Part shown: positions 1-9,756 of the stretch, piece after piece
Numbering within the stretch: the first letter of the stretch is position 1
Layout of the letters: the number at the start of each line of letters is the position of its first letter
Assembly (NCBI GenBank): GCA_008080745.1
Contig: SHMX01000005.1
Span: 120,001 to 152,000 of the forward strand
Reading direction: 5' to 3'
Length of the DNA: 32,000 bases
Origin: Candidatus Thorarchaeota archaeon
GTDB taxonomy: Archaea; Asgardarchaeota; Thorarchaeia; Thorarchaeales; Thorarchaeaceae
Translations under genes and position numbers: made by a program
Notes under the pieces: generated by a model
What the model saw: the letters and a program-made list of their open reading frames with translations, nothing else
Told to the model about the DNA's origin: nothing
Databases searched by the model: none

Positions 1-2
1 AA

Positions 3-884
3 AGCAATGCCCTCATATGGGGTGCGGAACGCGATCTATCATCCGATAATATACAGTCTCGAATTTTTCAGCAGCTAAGTCTCAATCGAATTGAAATGAA
101 TGCATGGGATATGACTGAAACGCAGATGCGTAAATTTGCTATAAAGGTACAAAAACAAAGACCAAGAATTTTAGCTGGCTACGCGGGTGCTGTAGCTATA
201 TTCGCAAAATTCACTCTAGAGAACAACATTGATTTGAAATTTGATAGTGGCATTGTAGTTTCAGGTGAATTACTGACCGATCAAAATAGAGAAATTATTG
301 AAACCGCATTTGGTTCAAAAATCTTTAACCGATATGGTACGCGAGAGTTTGGTTCTATTGCACACGAATGTTCTTGCCACGATGGTCTTCATATTAATGG
401 TGAGAGCTTCATAATAGAACAAGGCGAAAAATACGATGATGGTTATTCTCTATTAGTAACTGATCTGAATAATTTCGCTATGCCAATGATCCGTTATGAG
501 ATTGGGGATGTTGGTCTTCTATCTACTAGAAAATGTAAATGCGGTCGAGGGCTTCCTCTTCTCGAAACCATTTTAGGTAGAACCACAAGTTACATCATCA
601 CCCCTCAAGGCTCTTATGTTAATGGAATCGTCTTCCCTCATCTTCTTCGCGATTATGGCGAGATTCTAGAATTTAGAGTAATTCAACAAAATATTGATGA
701 AATTGATATCTTTTTAGTATTAAAGAACCCTCTAGATGAAAAGCAAAAAGAGAGCATTCGAAGACGTCTGAGCAATTTCCTCCAATCAATTAGAATCAAT
801 CTTATTGAAGTTGACAAGATATCTCTTGCAGATTCGGGAAAGAGAGATCTTGTGACCTCCAAGCTTGTCTTGGAAATGGATTAG
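3..884 (+). CDS. Phenylacetate-CoA ligase/CapK-like adenylate-forming (ANL) enzyme, 5'-truncated by the window
   Basis: The frame is open from position 3 (SNALIWGAERD...), so the ORF-track start at 96 is internal. Motifs: LAGYAG, SGELL, NRYGTREFG, ECSCHDGLH, LVTDLNNFAMPMIRYEIGDVG, CKCGRGLP, GRT. Confidence 0.85.
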   Translation, partial: SNALIWGAERDLSSDNIQSRIFQQLSLNRIEMNAWDMTETQMRKFAIKVQKQRPRILAGYAGAVAIFAKFTLENNIDLKFDSGIVVSGELLTDQNREIIETAFGSKIFNRYGTREFGSIAHECSCHDGLHINGESFIIEQGEKYDDGYSLLVTDLNNFAMPMIRYEIGDVGLLSTRKCKCGRGLPLLETILGRTTSYIITPQGSYVNGIVFPHLLRDYGEILEFRVIQQNIDEIDIFLVLKNPLDEKQKESIRRRLSNFLQSIRINLIEVDKISLADSGKRDLVTSKLVLEMD

Positions 885-905
885 GACTAAGTGGTGTTAT
901 GAATA

Positions 906-2087
906 ATGAAACAGATTTCAGTAGGTCGTTTTTGCACTCGTATTTTTCCTGACAGAGGGGGACCTGCAAAACACGCTCACAAATTGTCAGAGGCATTGGA
1001 ACATATTGGGGTTAAAAATTGTGTTATTGCTAGCAAGTATTGTAAGAAAAGGAGTGCTGATAGAATATACTCCTTTCATCCTTTACCCATTTGTTCACCA
1101 TCAACTCAAACCAATCCACTATCAATGCTCCTATTTACACTCAGCTTCTTTGTTCTCGGTATTCTCTATTCTCTGGTTTATTTTCTTCGTTCAAGAGTAG
1201 ATTTGATACACGCACACAGTCCAGCCATTTCAGGAATTATTTCTTTAGCAGTTTCGAAAATACTCAGAAAACCCCTTATCATCACCATTCATGGATTTGC
1301 AGGTCCCAAACTATCCTGGGCCCCCAACTCTGGCAGCTATATTGAATTTCTTCTGGAAAAAACTGTACTTAGAAATGCAGATCACGTAATTACGGTATCT
1401 CCAGATTATCGGCATCTAATCGAACTCTATTCTCCTCAAACATCGTATTCTATCATCGGTAATGGTGTTGATATTGAATACTTCTCTCCCGCATCAGGAG
1501 ATGATGAGAAGAAAAAACTATTACTCGAATTAGGATTAGACGAATCCTCTGATATTGTAACTTGGGTGGGAAATCTGAATCTAGAAGAAAAAGTTCGTGG
1601 TGTTAGAGATCTAATCCAAGCCATTGATATTTTGGTGAATCTGAGAAAGATTGATTGTGATGTTTTGCTTGTTGGGGGTGGAACTCACATTGATCAGATT
1701 TCAGCATTGATTAATCAATATAATCTTGAACAGTCGGTTCACTTACTTGGATTCCGCGATGATATTCAAACAATATTGCAGGCGTCGGATATTTTCGTAC
1801 TACCATCTCATCATGAGGGCTCTCCTAATTCTTTGCTTGAGGCTCTTTCTTGTGGCGTAGTTTCTATTGCAACTCATGTTGGTGGGGTTCCTAGAATATT
1901 GGGGGACACGGGATATCTTTTCAGACCTGGTGACTCCGAAACGCTGGCAAGACATCTACAGCATATGCTTGCGAATCCCGATGATCGACATCAGCTCTCA
2001 CTCAAATCACGGTCTCGTGCCGAATCAGCTCTATCATGGGAAACTATTGCACATAAAACAACTGTGCAATATCAACTTCTAATTTAG
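906..2087 (+). CDS. Glycosyltransferase family 4 (GT-B, retaining)
   Basis: IHAHS, ITIHG, IGNGVD and the EX7E motif FVLPSHHEGSPNSLLEALSCG. Confidence 0.92.
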   Translation: MKQISVGRFCTRIFPDRGGPAKHAHKLSEALEHIGVKNCVIASKYCKKRSADRIYSFHPLPICSPSTQTNPLSMLLFTLSFFVLGILYSLVYFLRSRVDLIHAHSPAISGIISLAVSKILRKPLIITIHGFAGPKLSWAPNSGSYIEFLLEKTVLRNADHVITVSPDYRHLIELYSPQTSYSIIGNGVDIEYFSPASGDDEKKKLLLELGLDESSDIVTWVGNLNLEEKVRGVRDLIQAIDILVNLRKIDCDVLLVGGGTHIDQISALINQYNLEQSVHLLGFRDDIQTILQASDIFVLPSHHEGSPNSLLEALSCGVVSIATHVGGVPRILGDTGYLFRPGDSETLARHLQHMLANPDDRHQLSLKSRSRAESALSWETIAHKTTVQYQLLI

Positions 2088-3806
2088 CAGGAACACATGT
2101 ATTCTTGATATATTTACTAGATGTTGATATCCTTCCTCAAACAATTCTTGATATAGTGATTCATGTTGTTTCACGATAATCAAAATATCTGAGTTGAAGG
2201 ATAAGAGATACGATTTTAGATTTTCGAGATTTCCTTCCCTCAATGTTTCATTTGCAATACATTGTTTTGGGTATACAATTGCATAGCTTCCTATCCATCT
2301 CTCATATGTGAATACAATCTTATCATCGTCTTGATTCTCACGTATCCAATCCAATATTTGCATCTCTTCAGACGATATTGTTCTTGAATTGATATACAAG
2401 TATGAAATACCATACACCAATTGAAAGGATATTATCACAGTAATGATTGATGCTTTGAGTATCTTTGACTTGTGAGGAATTTTTGGTAAGCGTGAATCGT
2501 CTTGCCTAATATTATCAATTAAAGTCACAACTACTTGAGCCATGAGAATAGAAGCTGGAAATACGATAAAGGTTGCAGATCGAGGGGCGCTATACACGAA
2601 GAATATTATTGGTACGAATTCTGATGCTGCCCATAATACACACACGGTCCATGCGGTGACTGTCCACTTCTTGTCATGTATTCCCACAATAAATTGTAGC
2701 ACACCAACTAAAGAAAGACCGAATAGGACTGGGCCAAGAGAATATCCAATCATTAGTTTTAGCGAGCTATCAATTGAATCTATGGGGTCAACCACAGTGG
2801 TTGTTTCAACAGGATTTCCATAAAATCCATATCTTGCAAATATGTCATTGTTGAGAGCTATTGAAATTATTGCTGGTATGCAGAAGATTACGAGAGGTAG
2901 AATATATTTCATTCCTATCTGTATCGATTTTTTTATTGATGGTATTTGTTGGAATTTGATATTATTAAGGAAGAATATTCCAAATGCAATGAGAGCCGTT
3001 GTTGGATGGTAGATTACAATCCCCGCCAACAAAAGGGAAGTCAGATATGGTGATTTTCCATCATATATGTAGAGGTATGAGAGGAAAACGATAAATAGAA
3101 AAATTGCTAGAGTTTCAGGAGTTGCTAATCGTCCTCTAAATTGTAGGAGGTTACCTACCGCAAAAGCCATACTAATTATAACTGGCGCATATTCATTCCC
3201 GAAATATCTCCTTGAAACTACATAAACTACCATTATCGTGAAAAATGAAATGATTGGTGGAAAGAATCTCATTAAACTATAGACTGAATCGTAATTCGTA
3301 CCAAAATCTGCAAGTGACACAATGAGGAACACAAATCCTGCTGGATATGCTTTTAGTGATGTATAGTCTATTGTTCCTGTGTGTTGAAGATATCTGGCAT
3401 TATATAGCCATAACCATGGATCAAGAGTGGATATTACAGGACTATGTAAAACACTTCTGAGTCTTAGAAGTAATCCAAATAATGAAATTACGAAAGCTAG
3501 AACGACTGGCACTAAATACTGAGATTTTATTTTGGGCGTGTCTAGCTTCCATACCATACCTTGTTTTTTGTACACAATGAATGATACAAACGCCGTAATG
3601 CATACCATTATGATGTATAATGTGAGGACGCTGAAACCAACAGAAAGGAGCACTAGATAACCAGCTATTCCAAGCAACGATAAGCCAACTGCTGAACCAA
3701 GTATCAGCAAATCAACCAGAGAATACTGCTCTCTTTGCAAGAAAGGGGAAGCTATTGCTACCCCTGAAATCAATATAGTGAATACGGTAATCATCGCTGT
3801 TATCAA
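2079..3806 (-). CDS. Multi-pass membrane protein, GT-C/AglB-like architecture (putative lipid-linked-sugar transferase)
   Basis: Many hydrophobic segments; first-loop LDPWLWLYNARY followed by YPAGF; soluble C-terminal domain starting EEMQILDWIREN. TTG start preceded by GTGAGG. The 3' end overlaps the upstream GT4 by 9 bp. Confidence 0.65.
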   Translation of the reverse strand: MITAMITVFTILISGVAIASPFLQREQYSLVDLLILGSAVGLSLLGIAGYLVLLSVGFSVLTLYIIMVCITAFVSFIVYKKQGMVWKLDTPKIKSQYLVPVVLAFVISLFGLLLRLRSVLHSPVISTLDPWLWLYNARYLQHTGTIDYTSLKAYPAGFVFLIVSLADFGTNYDSVYSLMRFFPPIISFFTIMVVYVVSRRYFGNEYAPVIISMAFAVGNLLQFRGRLATPETLAIFLFIVFLSYLYIYDGKSPYLTSLLLAGIVIYHPTTALIAFGIFFLNNIKFQQIPSIKKSIQIGMKYILPLVIFCIPAIISIALNNDIFARYGFYGNPVETTTVVDPIDSIDSSLKLMIGYSLGPVLFGLSLVGVLQFIVGIHDKKWTVTAWTVCVLWAASEFVPIIFFVYSAPRSATFIVFPASILMAQVVVTLIDNIRQDDSRLPKIPHKSKILKASIITVIISFQLVYGISYLYINSRTISSEEMQILDWIRENQDDDKIVFTYERWIGSYAIVYPKQCIANETLREGNLENLKSYLLSFNSDILIIVKQHESLYQELFEEGYQHLVNISRIHVFLLN

Positions 3807-4039
3807 TTTTCTTTCCTCACTGATTTGAAAGTCTAGGAATTGAGCTTATTAATCTATCAGAGTGTTTTTGGCTAGTATATTTTTTGAAACTTGTCAATAC
3901 TTACTAGGACTCTATTGATTCAAATCATCTAAGTACTTGATTTTTAGAAATATTCATATCTCCGAATTTTTCCTACATTTTCAATTTAATAATATTTGAT
4001 TTACAAAACCTTTTCAAACTGAAATAGTGAGAGATAGTA

Positions 4040-5479
4040 ATGACTGGAACTCAAAAAATCGCATTCAGTACCGCTAAAATTTATCTCTCTCAATTTATTG
4101 GTGCAGGTTTTCGTGCAATCACCTTTATTATCATGCTGAATATTATGGGGAGTGTTTTCTTTGGCTTGTTCTCGTTGTCGATAGCCACTGCACTGATGAT
4201 ACAATTGGGTACAATTGGGGGTACCAGCTGGACAATCAACGTTTTCTTCTCTCTCGAAAAGGAGAATCGTCAAAAGGCTCTCACAATAGTTATTCTTGCC
4301 ATAGCATTCCTTTTTTCTATTTTAATAGGGTTGTTTGTCTTCTTCCCCGTGCAGATCTCACAAATTATCGTGGGTGGCGAAATAGTATTTCTTGGCACCC
4401 TTCTTCTATTTCCCATTATAGCAATACGTGCAGCTGCAACTTCTGTTCTGCATGGGACTAGTAATTTTTCCTATGAGGCTCTCTCAACTGTGATTTCCTC
4501 TATTGTTCTCGGCTCTATGATTTTACTTCTCATACAGCTATCTATCTTAACACTCCCGCTTGCCTTTGTGATATATGTACTCTCAGAATTGATTGGTTTT
4601 CTGATTCAGCTTTTACGTTTGAGAAAAGTGGTTTCATTAGAGCTCCCAACCTTAGATGCAATCAAAGAAACTGTAAGATATTCAAAATTTTCCCAGTCTA
4701 CTACTCTGATGATTACACTGGGTCGAGAAGGCTCTTTGATTTTCCTAGGAGTTATTCTGTCAGAAGTTGCTGTTTCAAGTTTCAATATGGCAAATATATT
4801 ATCATCACCACTACTATATCTTGGATCTGCGATTGCTGTTGTACTAGTGCCTTTTGCATCTAAGAATCAATCAATCAGAAAAGCTATAGCTGGTGAGGGT
4901 CTGAAGCACCTATTGATAATGGGCCTAGTTTCAACTCTACTGGTCTGGTGGTTATCACCAACCATTCTTCCTTTACTCTTTATAGAGTACGAGGGATTAA
5001 TTCCTTTGGTCAATCTAACTTGGTTAGCTGCATCAATAGGTGCTGTATCTCAAGCTCTGCGGCCATTGGTCTATTCTATGGAACGTTTTCAAGACGATTT
5101 GATTTCTATAATTATTTCCACTCTTACAGTTTTTCTGACTTTTCTTCTCTTGGTTGGTGAACTTGGTATTCTTGCAATTGCATATGCATACCTAATTAAA
5201 AATTCAACTTGGAGTGTAGCAATATTTTGTCTTCTTCGAAAACAAGATGTTGTTGAATCCACTAGCTCTCTTCTCAAAGGTTTAGGCTTTGGAATGGGTG
5301 GTCTTGGTATTTTCTTGGTATCTGTGATATTTTTTGTACCATTCATTTCTGGAATTATCTCTATTTTGATCTTGATTGTAGTTGGATTAGTGACTGGTTT
5401 AATTAAAGAGGAATTCATTTTTTGGAGAGGCATAATTATGGGAAATGCGCAGGAGGATATTCTTGATACATCTGTATAG
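4040..5479 (+). CDS. Wzx/MOP-type oligosaccharide flippase
   Basis: 479 aa, almost entirely hydrophobic helices (roughly 12-14), with the typical N-terminal pattern (QFIGAGFRAITFIIMLNIMGSVFFGLFS). Sits among glycosyltransferase genes. Confidence 0.8.
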   Translation: MTGTQKIAFSTAKIYLSQFIGAGFRAITFIIMLNIMGSVFFGLFSLSIATALMIQLGTIGGTSWTINVFFSLEKENRQKALTIVILAIAFLFSILIGLFVFFPVQISQIIVGGEIVFLGTLLLFPIIAIRAAATSVLHGTSNFSYEALSTVISSIVLGSMILLLIQLSILTLPLAFVIYVLSELIGFLIQLLRLRKVVSLELPTLDAIKETVRYSKFSQSTTLMITLGREGSLIFLGVILSEVAVSSFNMANILSSPLLYLGSAIAVVLVPFASKNQSIRKAIAGEGLKHLLIMGLVSTLLVWWLSPTILPLLFIEYEGLIPLVNLTWLAASIGAVSQALRPLVYSMERFQDDLISIIISTLTVFLTFLLLVGELGILAIAYAYLIKNSTWSVAIFCLLRKQDVVESTSSLLKGLGFGMGGLGIFLVSVIFFVPFISGIISILILIVVGLVTGLIKEEFIFWRGIIMGNAQEDILDTSV

Positions 5480-5575
5480 TATCACTACAATATGAATAAT
5501 ACCACTAGATATGCATTAGTAATTCATCAGATTGCTGGCAATTGTGATGTTTGTCAAAGCGACATTAGATTCTCT

Positions 5576-8455
5576 TCATAATACTCGATATATCTGGACA
5601 GAATCCAGAATAAATATCCAATTCTTTGTCATACTTAGAAATCCAAAACTCAATGATTCAAAACTGCCGTCTGCGGTCCCTGGAGTATTTGTAAGATTCC
5701 ATGTTTGAACAATCCATTGACTTTTCAATGGCAAGTAGTCCGTGTAGAACGAATACCCTCCACTGATATTATCATTATGAAATCCAAAAGCTCGTACCCC
5801 AAGTCCAGAAGTGTTACACTTGTATTTCACCGTAAGAAACATACCCTGCAAACTTTCCATTGAAATGTTGTTTGTAAACAGGTGGTACCAGTAATCTGGA
5901 TTTGCGCTATTCTTTAGTATACAGGTTCCATTCTCAATGATTGGATCTCCCCCCTCATTTGTATACCATGTTGAGTTTACTTCGAATTCTTCTTGATAAA
6001 CGGTGAACTCCTCTTGAATTGGAATATAATCAAGTTCTCTAGCACCATAGATTTTCACATCGTCGATAAATACTATCCAATTATTTTCACTATTGAAGAA
6101 ACTAAAACTCAAGGATTCAAATGGCGTGTTTCTCTCAATCATAATCTCAGTGATATTCCAAGAATAGAGCCTCCAACTAGTAAGGGGATATGTATAGTCG
6201 GATTGAAAGATTCTTTGTCCCTCTAGAAGATCGAATTCATACCCAAAAAGCCTGCATTCAAGATTTGTGGTATTAGTTCTAATCTTTGCTTCCAGATAGA
6301 TATTGTTAACATTTTTGAAACTCATAATATTTGTGAATACGTTATACCACGCAGATTCATGGGATCCTTTCTCAAGTGCTATCTGTTCATTAGATGGTTC
6401 AAGCATTCCTTCATTATCGAACCATTGTGAATCCTCATTGAATGTTTCGTTATAGTATATACTAACATTGTTCTTGCTTAGTATATACACTGCACCAAAT
6501 TTGGCTTCGACTGTGTACTTCGGTGTGAAGAACTTTGCCCACGACTCTCTTTCTAATCCATATCGTCCTACATATAGTGCAGTCTTTATTTTGATGTTTT
6601 CCTGAGCATGCCAGACCCAATCTGTTGTTCGTGGAGATATGAGGATATAGTCTATCCCATTTGTAGTAGATGCGATATTATCGTAATATTCGTCTTCCTC
6701 CCATGCGCTCTCATTGAAGAAATTGAAAATCTGGGGTCTAAGCGGTTGTGTATAAAACCGTTCGTCATTAATGAAATAATAGGATGCACTTGTCAGAATC
6801 TGTGCTCGTAACATTAGCCCAGTTGCAGGATCTGTTAGCACATAATCATCTCCAGATACTCTGCTGTCGAGCCATTGGAATGCATCCATTTCATCTTGAC
6901 GTGGGCCCTGGAGGTCCCATCTTACCGTTTCACTGATTGCTTGAACAGATGCTATCGTAGGTATTGCTAACATCAGAATCATCAATAGTGAAATGGTTCT
7001 TTTTTTATTCAATGTTGGTCTTGTGAAATTTATATTAAGAATACTAACAAAAGCTTTGGATATTGTATAAGCTCCTATTACAATAGCTAACATGATGAAT
7101 GGACGAATATACAGGTCTACCCTTGCAGCAGTAGCTACTGGTAGGAAGAATGCGAGTAGATATAAACAAAGGATTGAAAGAATGATCGTAGAGTTATTTA
7201 CTTGTACAAAACTTATTTTATTATGTGATAGTAGAGCTAGCACCATAATTCCACCCAACAGAAAAAGAATGAATAACCAATGATATGCTCTTGAAAAGAT
7301 TGCTACTTGTAGGGTTAAATTATTGGTCAATCTTAGAAAACCAATACCAAAATTCAGTTCAAAGGGTTGTATTCCAATTAATGGAAGGATGAAATAGTAG
7401 CTAGTAAAAAACACAAGACCTAACAGTATCCCAATCCATATTAAATCGATAATATATTCTGATATCTTTCTATTTTTATAGAAGAAGTAGAGTATTGCTG
7501 GAATTGTTCCTAAAATAGCGTAGGGATACAATACCAATAGGACCAAATAAGCTATGGCTGTGGTGACTTTAACCATTCTATTGTTATTGTTATTAACAAG
7601 AGCGATAATTGTAAGACAATAAATTAGAAATGCATAGGTTGACGTATACAAGTATTGAGGACCCAATAACACCCCTGCTTCATTGACAAGGGGAAATATG
7701 CTTGAAGCAACTATGGAGATTGTTTTGTTTTGAGTAAGTGTCTCCAATAAATGATAGATGAATAATAGTGCAATTGGATAAATTATTACTGGTGCTTGAC
7801 GAAATATGAACGATGGTTCTACTTTTGAGATGATTGCCATTGCGGCTATTGTAGGATGAAATCTATAGGGATATGAATCAAAAAGGAAACTCCCACCATT
7901 ATTTTCTAATAGAAAATTGACTGCAGTAAGGTGATACTGTAGATCACTTCCCGTCGTTGCAGGCCAATGCAATAAAGATAGTCTATATATAATGAATGTA
8001 AAAGCAACCAGTATACAAATTGCGATGCTAATAATCTTCATCCTGTCAAAAGTGATCGTCCTACTTGAGCTAGAGGAAAATGCTTTTTTTGATTTAAAAT
8101 AGATAAACAATCCAATACTAACTGCTCCAACGGATAGTATTGGAATTACTAATGTTAGTAAAAATAGTGATGCAAATAGCAGACATGTCCCCGTAAATAT
8201 TATTGAACTCATGAGAATATCAAGTGAAAGTGTTACTAGAAATCCAAATCTTCCTGAATGTTTATCATATATGAGATTGAAAGCGTTTCTAATCAAATTA
8301 CCTAATATAAAGAATCCAAATATCATGCTCAGAACAATTGATATAATCCCCAATCCTATCATTGATGTGAAATACATCCCTCCTATTACCATAAAATGGC
8401 CTAATAGTTTCTGCTCTAAATTGTATTCTATATTATACTCTTGATTAGGGAACAT
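5576..8455 (-). CDS. Large GT-C/AglB-like membrane protein with two tandem C-terminal beta-rich domains
   Basis: About 500-aa transmembrane region with loop SDLQYH; then EMDAFQWLDSRVSGDDYVLTDPATG (STT3-like soluble-domain start); then two alignable ~137-aa repeats. Confidence 0.65.
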   Translation of the reverse strand: MFPNQEYNIEYNLEQKLLGHFMVIGGMYFTSMIGLGIISIVLSMIFGFFILGNLIRNAFNLIYDKHSGRFGFLVTLSLDILMSSIIFTGTCLLFASLFLLTLVIPILSVGAVSIGLFIYFKSKKAFSSSSSRTITFDRMKIISIAICILVAFTFIIYRLSLLHWPATTGSDLQYHLTAVNFLLENNGGSFLFDSYPYRFHPTIAAMAIISKVEPSFIFRQAPVIIYPIALLFIYHLLETLTQNKTISIVASSIFPLVNEAGVLLGPQYLYTSTYAFLIYCLTIIALVNNNNNRMVKVTTAIAYLVLLVLYPYAILGTIPAILYFFYKNRKISEYIIDLIWIGILLGLVFFTSYYFILPLIGIQPFELNFGIGFLRLTNNLTLQVAIFSRAYHWLFILFLLGGIMVLALLSHNKISFVQVNNSTIILSILCLYLLAFFLPVATAARVDLYIRPFIMLAIVIGAYTISKAFVSILNINFTRPTLNKKRTISLLMILMLAIPTIASVQAISETVRWDLQGPRQDEMDAFQWLDSRVSGDDYVLTDPATGLMLRAQILTSASYYFINDERFYTQPLRPQIFNFFNESAWEEDEYYDNIASTTNGIDYILISPRTTDWVWHAQENIKIKTALYVGRYGLERESWAKFFTPKYTVEAKFGAVYILSKNNVSIYYNETFNEDSQWFDNEGMLEPSNEQIALEKGSHESAWYNVFTNIMSFKNVNNIYLEAKIRTNTTNLECRLFGYEFDLLEGQRIFQSDYTYPLTSWRLYSWNITEIMIERNTPFESLSFSFFNSENNWIVFIDDVKIYGARELDYIPIQEEFTVYQEEFEVNSTWYTNEGGDPIIENGTCILKNSANPDYWYHLFTNNISMESLQGMFLTVKYKCNTSGLGVRAFGFHNDNISGGYSFYTDYLPLKSQWIVQTWNLTNTPGTADGSFESLSFGFLSMTKNWIFILDSVQIYRVL
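5588..5998 (-). repeat. Protein-level repeat unit 2 (YQEEF...DSVQIY) of the 959-aa protein
   Basis: Same conserved blocks as unit 1, in the same order and with near-identical spacing. Confidence 0.85.
6047..6454 (-). repeat. Protein-level repeat unit 1 (YNETF...DDVKIY) of the 959-aa protein
   Basis: Aligns with unit 2 via shared Y.E.F, S.W..NEG, WY..FTN, NT..L..R.FG, DY, W....WN.T, FESLSF.F and NW....D.V.IY. Confidence 0.85.
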
Positions 8456-8554
8456 AAATCACACAAAACATCTCTCCTATATATCTGTGCCCGGTGAAGA
8501 AGTGGCAACTGCCAACGAGTATAAACATGCTATCATTCTTTGGATTTATCCTCT

Positions 8555-9508
8555 TCAACCATTCGATTCTCTAATCCAGTCAATAGTCAACTCTAATCCT
8601 GTATCTATATCATATTCAGGCTCATAACCCAGATGTTTTCTCGCTTTATCGATGCCTGCAAGACTATCTTTGACATCTCCTATTCTGGGAGGCAGGAACT
8701 CCAAATTAGAACTCGATCCTACTATTTCTTTGATTTTCTTCGCAAGCTCTAAAATAGTGATTCGTGATCCTCCACCCACATTGTATACCTCTCCCTTTGA
8801 TTTTTCTTCGAGTGCAGCAAGGATATTACACTTTACTACATCCTTTACAAAGGTGAAATCTCGCGTTTGTTCTCCCTCTCCCTCGATAGTTAATGGTCTA
8901 TTATCAAGAGCTTGATTTATGAAGACACTAATCACACCTGCATATGATCCACTTCGTTGTCGGGGGCCATATACATTGAAATATCTCAGTGCGGTTATAT
9001 CCATGCCATATGTTTTACTGAATGCTATAGCAAGATTCTCTCCAGCAAGTTTTGATGCTGCATAGGGGGATAATGGATTTGTTGGCATGGTTTCTATTTT
9101 TGGTAAAACTGGGGTATCTCCATAGACAGAAGACGAGGATGCAACAACTATTTTGGAAACATCTCTTTTCCGGCATTCATTTAGAAGTATAGCAGTACCT
9201 TGAGAATTGACATCCATTGTTAGACAAGGGTGTTTAGTGGAAAAGGGAACACTTACTTTTGCTGCTTCATGGAAAACAATCTCTGCTTCTTTGAGCACCT
9301 CATATACAGTGGCTGAATTTCTGATATCCTTTCTTTGAAGCAAAAAATTGTTATGTGTCTTCCAACCTTCCAAATTTGTTTCTGTACCATTACTTAAATC
9401 ATCAATAACTGTAACTATTGCATTATGTACCAATAGATAGTCTACTATATGTGATCCAATAAAACCCGCTCCTCCGGTTACAACTATTCTTTTCTCATCT
9501 AGCTTCAT
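8555..9508 (-). CDS. NAD-dependent nucleotide-sugar epimerase (extended SDR; UDP-Glc/GlcNAc(A) 4-epimerase-like)
   Basis: TGGAGFIG, FHEAA, ASSSSVYG, YAASK (YxxxK), LRYFNVYGPRQ, QTRDFTFVKD, RIGDVKDS. Confidence 0.9.
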   Translation of the reverse strand: MKLDEKRIVVTGGAGFIGSHIVDYLLVHNAIVTVIDDLSNGTETNLEGWKTHNNFLLQRKDIRNSATVYEVLKEAEIVFHEAAKVSVPFSTKHPCLTMDVNSQGTAILLNECRKRDVSKIVVASSSSVYGDTPVLPKIETMPTNPLSPYAASKLAGENLAIAFSKTYGMDITALRYFNVYGPRQRSGSYAGVISVFINQALDNRPLTIEGEGEQTRDFTFVKDVVKCNILAALEEKSKGEVYNVGGGSRITILELAKKIKEIVGSSSNLEFLPPRIGDVKDSLAGIDKARKHLGYEPEYDIDTGLELTIDWIRESNG

Positions 9509-9683
9509 TATAACACATCATATTTCTGATTCATGGTATTGATTCAAATCTTTTCGTTTCTTTTATAATTCTAACTAATTTGAAAACACTACTCGATACG
9601 CCCTGAATAAGTTAAATACCTCGACCGCTATGTGGGTAACTATCTAGTGAGTAATATGGTGGGAACAGTTAGCGCATGGTTGT

Positions 9684-9703
9684 ATATGATTATCATATTT
9701 AAA
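9684..9703 (+). promoter_or_regulatory. 7-1-7 palindrome ATATGAT-T-ATCATAT abutting a TTTAAA TATA-like box upstream of the GT operon
   Basis: Perfect dyad at 9684-9698 and TTTAAA at 9698-9703, about 55 nt upstream of the ATG at 9757, in a divergent intergenic region. Confidence 0.3.
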
Positions 9704-9756
9704 TCTAGATACAATCCCTCAAAATATATAGGAAGACTATAGGTGCATAATAGAAA

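Noticed and set aside
3860-3945. Short dyads in the divergent region 3807-4039 (CTAGTA...TACTAG; AAATCA-N10-TGATTT)
   Set aside because: Only 6-bp arms in very AT-rich DNA, within chance expectation.
7580-7594. NNNNN run (and SSSSS elsewhere) in the 959-aa protein
   Set aside because: Mixed codons in short loop regions; not a true tandem repeat.
5576-8455. Calling the 959-aa protein aglB
   Set aside because: It has no WWDxG motif; TDPATG occupies the analogous position.
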